From Phoronis australis (taxonomy: Eukaryota > Animalia > Phoronida): a DNA stretch of 64,000 nt. Within the stretch, counting starts at the first letter, position 1; each line of letters starts with the position of its first letter. Location of the stretch: contig NMRA01000084.1 in the NCBI GenBank assembly GCA_002633005.1, positions 713,267 through 777,266 on the forward strand. Direction: 5' to 3'. Made by a program: the position numbers and the translations under genes. Below the pieces are notes generated by a model. It did no database searches, had not been told where the DNA came from, and worked only from the letters and a program-made list of their open reading frames with translations. Below, in pieces: positions 24,821 through 35,165 of the stretch.

Positions 24821-26889
24821 AAACACCCCTAGAAGAACACCGTTTGCGGTGCCGGCAGCAGTGGGCGCATGTCAACGCTTGGCGTGGCTCTTATTGAAGT
24901 GAATCGTTGTGCTCAATCAAACTCACTATAATAATCATCTGCTTATTTCGCACAAAGTCAATTAAATATATTTCCCTGATGGTGGGTCTGTGCCAAGTAA
25001 ACTGAATATACCGACTTTGTATTGTACCAAATTAACTATGTAATAAAGCATGGCCAGCCGCGTGTGTGTGAACTTAACTACAGGTGTAAATGCGGCTCAC
25101 GGGTTACCCGCTCATTACCCGCCAACCAAGTCAACCTTGACTGCCCCTTGTCCTTGTCTGTTATCTTCTTCACCGTCGTTAAAGTTTAATTGATAACGAA
25201 ATCATTCTCCTCACTCTCAGCTTTTCACTCGCTGTGGAAAACCGGTATTTTCCGGTGTCCGGTTGCCTCGGATATCCCACGCCCCCGGTCGTCGACTGTT
25301 TCCACAAGGGACAGGACCATTCACCGTCACGAACCCGAACACTTGTCATCGTCACTGCTGCCAACATTAAATTTTTTTCTCTTTATATTAAGCCAATTTA
25401 TGCACGGAAACTTTACAAAACTCACCGCGACTGATTTGAAGATTATGACAGTTTTACCCAATAAATCACAAATTGTCGCAACGGAAAAACATGGCAATTT
25501 GTGTTTCGATAGGTCTGCGCAAACTGCAATAATTTGATGTGTGCAAGAGTCTGTACAGTAGCCAATCTTTGTGATTTATCGATGCCCGGACGGTCGTTCA
25601 ATCCGACCTGCAGGTTAGAAACTGTGTTTAATGGGACACCGATTCCTTTTACATCAAATCCGACCGGACTTAAAAATACGGAGCTGCCCGAACTCCATGA
25701 TGATACTGCACGTCTGAATTAAAACATTAATAGAAGATACAAGCTTATGTTTATTAATGAATATAGCAAAGATGTGACACATTACCATATAAGTATACAT
25801 GTAATATCAAAGCACATGTTGAATAAGTACAATTAGAACGAAAGATTAGATTACAGACCGCTTTGGTTGCTGCGAGAGGTGATTCATTGGCATTTTCTCT
25901 TCATGAAGAATTTATCTAGACGTGAATTTCCTTCAAAGCTTCAAATTTAACGAACCTATTCGTTCAATACTGCACTCATGGTTTAACGCATGCCATCGTC
26001 AGTATTATTCTATAATGACAAGTGGTCCTGGGTCCAGGACCTAAACATCGATTTCAGACCCTAATCACACTCAGGTTTTAAACTTATGTCACAGCATTCA
26101 ATGGTCTGGGCTCGCTGACTGAAAGTTTGTGGAAATTGCGGTTCATCCAAACGACTCTTTTTTCAGTTGTTTTCTGCCGTTGTTTTTCACTTTTCATCGT
26201 GCACCGTGTTGTGCAATTTTCACTTCATTGTCACCCAATTACACTGTTTAAACGGATCGTTCTGTGCCATTACCCCACGCATAGAATTGCACCGTACTTA
26301 ATGGTACGTAAATACCATAATACAAAGATGATAATTACATAACAACAGTTAATTATTAACGTTGACGGAAAGGTCCACTCCTGGCGCTTAACGAATACTT
26401 TTAATTGGATATCAGTCTATCAGTTGTCCTCCGCTGTGTCATAGAAGTGTCTTCTTCCTTTAAAGAAAGAATAGTAAAATCTCTTCGCATGCCATGTTCA
26501 ACTTTCCCAAATTTAAACCTATTTGGCGTTGTAACTTGAATTGCAATACCAAGTCTTATTAGGTTTGTCAAGGGTTTTTTGTTTAGTTTGAGAACTCACA
26601 GTTATTTTAACCACGCAAGCTTTAAAAAGGTATTTTAACGCAAGTCCGTTCAGTCGAAACTAATTACAAACAAGGCAAAATGGACGCCGTAATGAGTGAC
26701 AGTTGACTCGTGCATTATGGGTACTCACTCAACTGCTGTCATATGTAATGAGGATCCGTGGAAGCCCCGCCCATTCAAAAACAAGTAAACCCTACCATTC
26801 AAGAATTATCTCAAAGTTCTTCCGAGAAGCTTCATAAACATATAGTCTTCAAGGCTGCAATAATTAAATTCTTTACAATTACATTTATA

Positions 26890-26943
26890 GCCACCATTAT
26901 CGTCGCCGAAATCGCCACCGTCACCTTTATCATCCTCATCTCC

Positions 26944-27007
<64 letters not shown>

Positions 27008-27157
27008 CCCCTGCCATCATCAACACCACCATTGCCAACTCCATAACCATCATCGTTACCGTAATCAACATCAACTGCTGCATCACTGTCGTCATCAACG
27101 TCATCATCAACATCGTCTTCAACGTTAATACCATCACATTCGTCATAAAAATCATCA
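26890..27157. repeat. (CAT)n microsatellite with degenerate (CAC/CAT/CGT/CAA) flanks
   Basis: Pure CAT run at about 26958-27005 inside a decayed trinucleotide tract. It explains the poly-Ile and poly-Met ORFs. Confidence 0.9.
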
Positions 27158-27169
27158 AACTAGATAAAT

Positions 27170-27314
27170 AATGGCTACACTCGATTGATGTCGCCGGTTT
27201 CTCCGGGTTAATCGGCTAAGACATCTGACTGGTTCCCGGTGACGACCTCTGGCTGAAAGGCTAATCATTTGGTTGACCCGGAGGAACCGGTGGAGTCAAT
27301 CAGGTGCAGCCATT
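27170..27314. mobile_element. Small palindromic MITE (about 145 bp)
   Basis: aatggctacactcgattgatgtcgccggtttctccgggttaatc pairs imperfectly with ggttgacccggaggaaccggtggagtcaatcaggtgcagccatt. Confidence 0.55.
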
Positions 27315-27546
27315 TTATTCACACAGGAAAATTATTTTTTAAACATCAAACTCATAAACCAATTTGTGTGTGGACATTCACAATAGTGCGAGAAACCCTT
27401 GTAAAATGACTAAAAAGTGAAATTTAGTCAATCATTTTTGCAAAGAAATTAGTAACATTTTACCGTAGAAACAATTCTGGTATTGATTGAAAAGGTATGT
27501 GTTTACGTTTTAGACATTTAACTTTAAGGTTATGTAGGACCCTAGA

Positions 27547-27618
27547 AATGGTTACCACCATATATAATGGTTACCACCATGTATAATGGTTACCACCATA
27601 TATAATGGTTACCACCAT
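27547..27618. repeat. 19-bp tandem repeat (AATGGTTACCACCATATAT), about 3.8 copies
   Basis: Directly visible head-to-tail copies, one with a single substitution. Confidence 0.9.
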
Positions 27619-28374
27619 AATTCATACTGAATTCTGATGAAACTCTCACATACTAATTTATGCACTGTTCTTTAAAATGGTATAAGAAAATGTTTTAAAA
27701 TATTCCAGATTTGAATGAGGGCTATAAAAATATGAATTTTATGTTTTTATGAAAATAGCTGCATTAGATCAAAACGAAGTTTGTTTTAGAAAAATGCAAC
27801 GACATTTTTTGAGATTTCCTCTTGAACGTTTATACCAAATAAAATTTGATCAAATTCTGTTATTAATGCCCTTGATTTGCTATGAGTGTAGCTTTTTGAT
27901 AAATTTTAATAAAACGCCATGGTCGCGAGACCCAATTATTGATATACATGTATTATTCATATTAGAAATCAATCTACTTTCAGAAAATGTTACAGATTTA
28001 ATTTCTACACTTATGTAGATATTTATCTAAATGCGCAAAAATGTCTATGAAGCTCTTCATAATATAAACTAATACTGTTTATCTTGTCCACATGCAGTAG
28101 GTTGATCCGGAGAAGACTGGATTTCTTGACGGTAAATGATTTAGTTAAGACTTATTGAATACCAACGGTTCATTAAATATGTTACAAACATTTGTGGGGT
28201 GGTGGAAGTTCAACAGAACATTAGCATTTCAAAGAAAAGAACTATAGCAAAAATGTGTTGGTGTTGAATGTTGAATATTTTGTGTGATTATCCGCACACG
28301 TAGTATACGGTAAGACAAGGTCTTCTTAAACGAAACAAGAAAGGTGCAGCAAAGCATGCGTCAGATTGACTGAA

Positions 28375-28646
28375 CATGCGCGCATCCAGCTTAAAAAATG
28401 GGGGACTCGAATTTTTGAGAATGTAGACCTTTTACTAAAAAAACGGGGAAACAGGTTACGTTCACAGCTATGAATTGTGCATTCGCCTAATTTAGGTAGT
28501 TTCTGCCTTTTTAGTGAACTTTTGTTTCGTTTTCTACTTTTTTCGGAGTTTTTGTTTGTCGGAGGTGGACGTGTTTGCCCACTTCGACAAATAGGGGAGC
28601 TCGGTCGAGCCCCCGAGCCCCCCCCCCCCACCTGGGTGCGTGCATG
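28375..28646. mobile_element. 272-bp hAT-like MITE with exact 5-bp target duplication
   Basis: TIRs CATGCGCGCATCCAG...CTGGGTGCGTGCATG, a subterminal C-run, and CTGAA on both sides (28370-28374, 28647-28651). Confidence 0.8.
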
Positions 28647-28737
28647 CTGAAGAAGCGTCATTTTAAAAACAATAAAGACGCAGAGTTTTCGCAAATCGGC
28701 GCCATTGTGAAATTGTAGGCACATTCTAATTCTGTGG

Positions 28738-29380
28738 AAACCATGCTCATTCGATACAAAGTTCGTCTATTTCCGTGCGAAGTTACCATGACTACACACT
28801 ACTTAATATAGTAACATCAACTTTTAAATCGTATTTAGAGGGTTAACAATATCTTGGAATAAATTGGAATACTTAGGCTATCCCGTCAACTCCGAGGCTA
28901 TGTGAATGGATATCCTGGCAATTGTCTCCATCGCATCTCTCGTTTACTTTGTTCAGAATCTTAAATCATCGAGTGTGCACACTTCGAACTACGAACTAGT
29001 TCTCTATGTCACGATGACAGTCTCGCGGTATATGATCTTTATTTATAATAAACAGATAATAACGTTGAGCATTTTGCTTTGGCGACTAGGCCAAACTTCA
29101 CTCTGAGTTTTAGTGCAGTGACAGTAGGATGCTGCGAAAATGTTCAATAGTTCTAGCTTTCAAAGTAAGATTGATACGATTGGTTAAGAACTGTGTTGCT
29201 TGAAAACAGGTTTCTTAAAATTTAAGGAGCTAAAAGCTTTTTTAAGGTCGAGGAGCTTTAATATATCTAAAAGAGATAAAATTCGTAGATTGATCGTTTG
29301 AGTACGGCGTGCAGTGTAGTTAGTGGTTAGTGAATAGTCGCAGTGGAAGAAATATTTTTAATCTTCAATGCATACGCCTG
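28738..29380 (+). repeat. Old inverted duplicate of 30670-31297 (3' UTR and downstream flank of the minus-strand peptide gene)
   Basis: Collinear shared blocks: catgct.attcga, gggttaac.atat, aatactta.gctat, tggcaat.gtctccatcgcat, atgacagtctcg.ggta.atgatct, aataaaca, ttct.gctttcaa.gtaagattga, cttcaatgcatacgcc. Confidence 0.75.
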
Positions 29381-30185
29381 TGTTGTTTTAGTAAGAATGG
29401 TTTTCGTATTCGGCCAATCATGTTAAAATCGAATTGCGAAATCTTCCAATCAATTTAAATTCAACGCGACAGTGCAAGGGCATTGTACGGCTTGGCTTTC
29501 GCTACGACCACGAATACTTTCCACGGAGTCGTGACTGTGGCAAGGATACTGCCTCTTAGATATTCAGTGCTACTGTGTATTGGCTACACACAGATACGCT
29601 GGCCAAAGTTGTTAGGGCCAGTCATCAAGTCGCGAGACCAGCTCGTCCACGAGTGGACTCACCAAGATTTGCCGAGCAACATGTTGTAGAAATCGACGAC
29701 ATCACATCAGTTGAGCAAAGAGACATTTCAGGAGTAATGGAAGATGATAAAACATAGAGCAATTATCAAAAATAGAAATAGTTGCTTGGCATCACTCTCG
29801 TTCGATACAGTATTCGTCATTTTCCGCACGACGATTTATACAGGCCTGGAACGCAAGAACAGACTAAATTGAATCATTCAAAGTGGTTCTCTGTCACGGA
29901 AACAGAATTCAACCTGCCCACCTGTATTTTTACGGTTTGTTCGTAACGATTTCGAATTTCTGTTTATGTCACACCACTTTTCATTTAGTATTAAATTTCA
30001 AACAAACAACGATCTGTCAACTACTCGTCACTTCATCCATTTTCTTCATCAATGCAAAGCAACTGAATTTTGTGGGTTTTTTCTGGAAAATCCCTTTCAT
30101 TGGAAAGTGAATATCTCTGTAGTACTCGTTGGGAGATGGTACGTTCGTCAGAAAAGGACATTTTACTTTCCATGCATCTTTATGT

Positions 30186-30572
30186 GTATACATATACATA
30201 TACATATACATATATATATATATATATAAATATACATATACATATACATATACAGTGTACATATACATATACATATACAGTGTACATATACATATACATA
30301 TACAATGTACATATACATATATATATATATATACATACAGTGTACATATACATATATATACATATACAGTGTACATATACATATACAGTATACATATACA
30401 TATACATATACAGTGTACATATATACATATATATATATACATACAGTGTACATATACATATACATATACATATATATATACATATACATATACAGTGTAC
30501 ATATACATATACATATACAGTATACATATACATATACAGTGTACATATATACATATACATATACATATATAT
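30186..30572. repeat. Compound (TACATA)n/(TA)n microsatellite punctuated by CAGTG
   Basis: Directly visible. It gives stop-free low-complexity ORFs in all six frames. Confidence 0.95.
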
Positions 30573-31302
30573 AAGTAGAGCTTCAGAAACGTTTTAGCCG
30601 TCAAATCGGCTCTTTGTCTTCGCTAGTGGAATTTTAACGAGCTGAAACTTTTTCCAATAGCCTAAAATCATACGGGCGTATGCATTGAAGGTTGAATTTC
30701 TATCATCCATTGTGACCATTCAACACTAACCGCTGCATTCAAACGATTAATTGGCGAATTTAAAAAATAGACACATTTAAGCTCATTGCCATTTTTTTTA
30801 AACTTTGAGTAAACCCGTTTCCACGCAAAGCACTTTTCAATCTTACCTTGAAAGCCAGAACAAACGTCACGGCATCCCGCTTTCACTGCACTGAAGCTGT
30901 GACTGAAGTTTGGCCTAATCGCTCAAGTGAAAAGTTGTACGTTATTGTCAAAAACGCGTAATGAAACTTTTGTGAGATTTAAGCTTTGTTTATTGTATAT
31001 AGAGATCATGTACCCCGAGACTGTCATCATAAATAATCAGCGAGTGGCATACGGAACTACATGTAGTTCTTGGTTTGAAGTATGCAAACTCGACGATTTA
31101 AGGCGTACCTTGAATACAGTGAACGGGAAATGCGATGGAGACGATTGCCAAGCTATCGGAATAGCTTAAGTATTTCAGTTCATCCCAAAATATGGTTAAC
31201 CCGTCAAATATGTTGCAATGGCTGATATTACTATGTGTAGTAATGTACATGTTAAGGTCGCAAGGAAATATACTAACAGTGTCGAATTAGCATGCTTGGC
31301 GT

Positions 31303-32047
31303 TCAACTCGCTTTTGATGTCCGGCATTTCAAAATAACGTACATATTTCGTCTGAAAATACCGCGTGATAATGCACGCTGGTATTGGCTTACGAAGTAAA
31401 TGCTGTTATGGCATTCTGATTTTACCTTCCGAAACGCTGTTGTATTGGCGACCTCTTTTTCTTATCGGTGGCATAAGCGTGATGACCCCAACCGCTAAGA
31501 TAACCATCAGGACAACTTCTCGGACACATAAGTGAAGTTCTACAGAACAAGATGTGCGCACCACACGTGAGCTAAGAGAGCTAACAGGGATCGCAAGAGG
31601 TTTGTAGAGAAATATATCAAAAAAGAGTGATACGTGTATTTGACAGCGACAATTTCGCAAGAAAATTCATTTCGCGCACTGGGAGTAACTTTCCCAGCAA
31701 AACTTTTCGCTGCGCTCGCTGTAAAATTAATTGAACTCTGAATATTATCTGATGGCAAGGTGCAAAGCATGGTGCAATGCAAATTAATCTGGGTGTCAGT
31801 GAAGTGCACGACAGGGGGGGCTGCGGGTACCTCATTTCTCTGAACACCTTGTCAGGGAGGCGAGGAGTGTTGAGGTACTCATCAGTGGCGCCACGCTTGT
31901 CAAAAGTGGATGTTATTGAATGCAACAACTCCCTTTCCGCGACACATGCGGGAGGACACGTGTCTGCACTGTAACGGATCGTTCGAAGTCTTTGTAAACA
32001 AGGCAAAGTTGAAAACCTCTTAAACGTTCCACAAACTTACTATTCAT
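31303..32047 (-). pseudogene. Three-exon small secreted-peptide gene, probable RFamide precursor with an apparent 1-nt frameshift (pseudogene, null allele or assembly error)
   Basis: Exons 32047-32041 (ATG AAT A|GTAAGT), 31539-31426 (ctgtAG ... AAG|GTAAAA) and 31351 onward (ttttcAG). The literal product is 47 aa, MNKLHLCVREVVLMVILAVGVITLMPPIRKRGRQYNSVSEDEICTLF (stop at 31329). Adding one base after VIT gives ...VITAYA-TDKKKR-SPIQQRF-GRR-NMYVILKCRTSKAS (stop at 31303). AATAAA at 30994-30989. Confidence 0.55.
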
Positions 32048-32533
32048 TTAAGAAGCGTCACAAAACCAGTCTCAATTCGTTCCTTGCTATGTTTGGATAA
32101 CCCACCGCGCCAAGCCTGATCTCTATTCATCCCAAGCCCAGAAATCACTTCTACTTCCAGTAAGGAACAAGTTGAGAACAATTTCTTATAACGATAAAAT
32201 AAGTGGTGTAAATAAAAAAAACAAGTCTTTGACGGAAGGCGATTCTATAGCAGTGCTACTCTAGATGTATCACGTAACTGTGCGCTTTTGGATAGTTTTT
32301 GGCAAATGATAGATAAAACGCCCGTTCTGCAGTCTTTTCAACTTGACGCCATCACCAAGTGACATAAATTCTCGTTTGCAATATGCCAATTAGCGTGTAA
32401 TAATTAATGCACTCAAGTAATTTACGTGGGTAACGTTCGTCCATTTATTTGGCCAGCGATAGTCCAATTAAGTGGCATGATGACATCAACACAGGTTTTT
32501 GAATCGGCTAATATTTCTGCGCACGTCTTCGTG

Positions 32534-33219
32534 TCAGTAATGAAATTTGTTGCCGGAATTTTTGGCTTTGAAATTGTTGAGGGAAGATCGCTCCGATGCT
32601 GATCCCAGATTTCTAAAGGCAACGATGCGATTCTTATGTAGTTACACTTAAACTTGCTGGACCCGAGTTTGGTCAAAAGAGGTTTAGATTCAAATCAAAC
32701 AGAACTTTGTGTACGTTACGTTATACATCAAAACAAATCATGATAGTTTGATCCAGCTACAGTACAGAATTTCTCTAAAACCAAGTGTCCTTGCATTCTC
32801 TGAAAGTAATAGTGGATATTTTAATCTGTATCCCCACAGAAGTCTAAAACATTGGTAATCAAGTGCCAACATGCTTATGGTAAAAAATCAAAAATTTGTG
32901 ACTTCTCGTAATATCTTCAATTCCAATCAATTCAAACCCATTCAAAATACGTACAAAACAAGAATTCAATAACTTTAAATCATCAACACACTAGAGTCTT
33001 GATAAAGGTAACAAAATCTACTACCAAACTGCTATGAGAGGTCTATAGTACTGGATTCCAGCGTTATACTTACTTGCACAACTTTTCGCAGTATTCTCTG
33101 ATTTTTGATTCGAGATCGGAGTCGGTCATTGCTACATCTTTCTGAATACCATTTGTGGGCGCCGACAGGACGGAGGCTAGGATTGTTGCGCACAGCATTA
33201 TCCACAAGAGACTATCCAT
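32534..33219 (-). CDS. Small secreted protein/peptide precursor, 74 aa, two coding exons (33219-33074, 32612-32534)
   Basis: Strong acceptor tttttattttcAG (33238-33237), ATG at 33219, signal peptide MDSLLWIMLCATILASVLS-AP, GTAAGT donor at 33073 (phase 2) and a phase-matched acceptor gcctttAG at 32614-32613. Product MDSLLWIMLCATILASVLSAPTNGIQKDVAMTDSDLESKIREYCEKLCKNLGSASERSSLNNFKAKNSGNKFHY. AATAAA at 32449-32444. Confidence 0.7.
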
Positions 33220-34329
33220 TTCTACCTAACAACAGACTGAAAATAAAAATGTTATACGTTAGTATACTACAACCACGGGTGGTGGATTACGGTGTTTTCC
33301 ATGAAAATATAGTTGTTGGGTACAACTTAAGACGGTATCACATTACCGAATATTCATGCCTCGCTTTAAAAAACGTTTTTCGTTTTGTGCATAAGAAGTG
33401 GAAAACGTGGATTTATATCTATCATATAATGATATGCTATGTCCTGTCAGTTTAGGTCCATCTGGATTAGGTCAGGTAATTCCAAGTACCTCGAACATTT
33501 CCGCAGCCTCAAGCCTCCGCTCGGACCCGTGATATGTCCCGGATGCAAATGCACAGTTTCGAATATAAGCGAAGTGAAGTGGATGGTTCACCCGACGGTC
33601 GCGACATTGATAATTTACATTTTGTCTGGCGGTCACGTTTAGTCTGCGGCGCTCCTGTTTTGTGGTGGAGCGGTTATGTTTTTGAGTGCGTCTGTCCCAT
33701 ATGATCCCGTAGATCCTGTTTAGTGGTGAGTTGGTCCGATTTGAAGGACCGGCGGTCATGTTTTGGGTCCGGCGGTCATGTTGTTTCGCACCCTGTATCA
33801 TTATTAGCTTGAAAACGGCGGCGAGAAAGAAGACACCCCCGAGAGGATATCGCAACCCCCATCCTACGAGAATCTTCTGGAATTTGTATCTTCAGCCTTG
33901 CGGAAAATCCCGCAAGACATCATTATCAGAGCATTCGAATGTTGATGGGCAAATGGTCCCTTCCGTATTATTCAACCCCGGATTCGCGAACACATGGGCT
34001 ACAACGCGGGTATCCAAGAGATGGACAGCATGCGCGCAAGTCGCGGGATCCCTACTCGGAGGTGGAAAGAAATTTGGAGGAGGAGCTGGATGAAAACATT
34101 GACATGGACTGAATACACGTAGATTAAGAGGTTTTCTTGCTGATTTTTATTTAAAACTGTTTCTATAGTAATAAATGCATAGTTCGGCAACACTTCATTC
34201 GTTTTTATAATTGATAAATGCTCCACAAAACTGACTTTGTGACTAAAAGTTAACGCTAAGTGGGCTTTTAAAAGGAAATTTTCCAAATAAACGCACCACT
34301 TTCTGGACTCTTGACACGAGAAGTTGCAC

Positions 34330-35165
34330 CACCAAATAAATTCCTATGGGCGTATATTCGGCCTAATTTTCCGAATAAACGCACATGGGCGTTTCATCGG
34401 GTGGGCTTATCTACGGAAAACCCCGGTAGTAGCGCTTAAAATGATTCAGCAAAACACCAGAATAACAAGCCAGGCGCGCTTGACATCACGTACAGTTACC
34501 ATTGACATCACGTACAGTTACCATTGACATCGCCTACAGTTACCATTGACATCACGTACTGTTACCATTGTCACAAAAGCGCAAGCACTTTGCTGTAGAA
34601 GTGACATTTTTGGCACGAGGTCTTTGTTTGATACCGCGGAGTCTGAGATAACCGGCCAGCTAGCTGCATGAAGACTGTGGTCAAAATAAGCTTTGTAGCA
34701 ATGTATGTTGAGCTCCGTTAGACCCCGAAATGTCACACCCTCGAACTTGTTATTTTTTCACAATACGTGGTGAGAGTATTCAAGCCGAAGTTCATAGATT
34801 TTCTACTAAGTGTCCTTGGGTGCTATCAACTTTGCCACAAGTAGGTCTAGAAGGGTCATGCACATTAATTTTCTTGTCCCGCTGGGCAGATATCGCAAAA
34901 ATCGATAAGTTGCTACACAATTAACGTTGTCAGCAGGTATCAACAGTACTATTAAGGACTACCAATCCACCCAGAAGGGCTGTTTCACTTACAAAAATAC
35001 ATATCGCGCATCATGCTGGTATTTACGTAGCCAAAATTGACTTTCTGTTTACACACCCCTTTTGCCGAATAAACGCCCGGGCGTTTATTGGTGTTACTAA
35101 AATGCCTGAAAATTTTCACTTTCCGAATACACGCCCAGGGGCTTATCTACGGAAACCCCGGTAGT
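34330..35165. mobile_element. Two same-orientation ends of a TA-targeting (Tc1/mariner-pogo-like) MITE family
   Basis: ccgaata.acgc...gggcttatctacggaaa(a)ccccggtagtag occurs at about 34370-34431 and 35120-35166, with internal aataaacgc/gggcgt repeats. Confidence 0.45.
34481..34568. repeat. 22-bp tandem repeat (TGACATCACGTACAGTTACCAT) x4
   Basis: Directly visible. Copies 3 and 4 carry substitutions. Confidence 0.9.

Noticed and set aside
26758-27171. Poly-Ile / poly-Met ORFs
   Set aside because: Translation of the (CAT)n microsatellite.
27547-27618. CRISPR-like appearance of short repeats here and at 34481-34568
   Set aside because: Head-to-tail repeats without unique spacers, no cas genes, and a eukaryotic context.
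28906-29757. ORFs MDILAIVSIAS... and ...VVEIDDITSVEQRD... as exons of a plus-strand gene
   Set aside because: The first lies in the inverted duplicate of a presumed 3' UTR. No phase-consistent model or recognisable motif was found.
30017-30604. Six overlapping Tyr/Ile/Cys/His-rich ORFs
   Set aside because: Artefacts of the compound microsatellite.
31617-32006. 129-aa minus ORF containing DKRG
   Set aside because: No ATG start or signal peptide, and it falls inside the predicted first intron of the RFamide-like gene.
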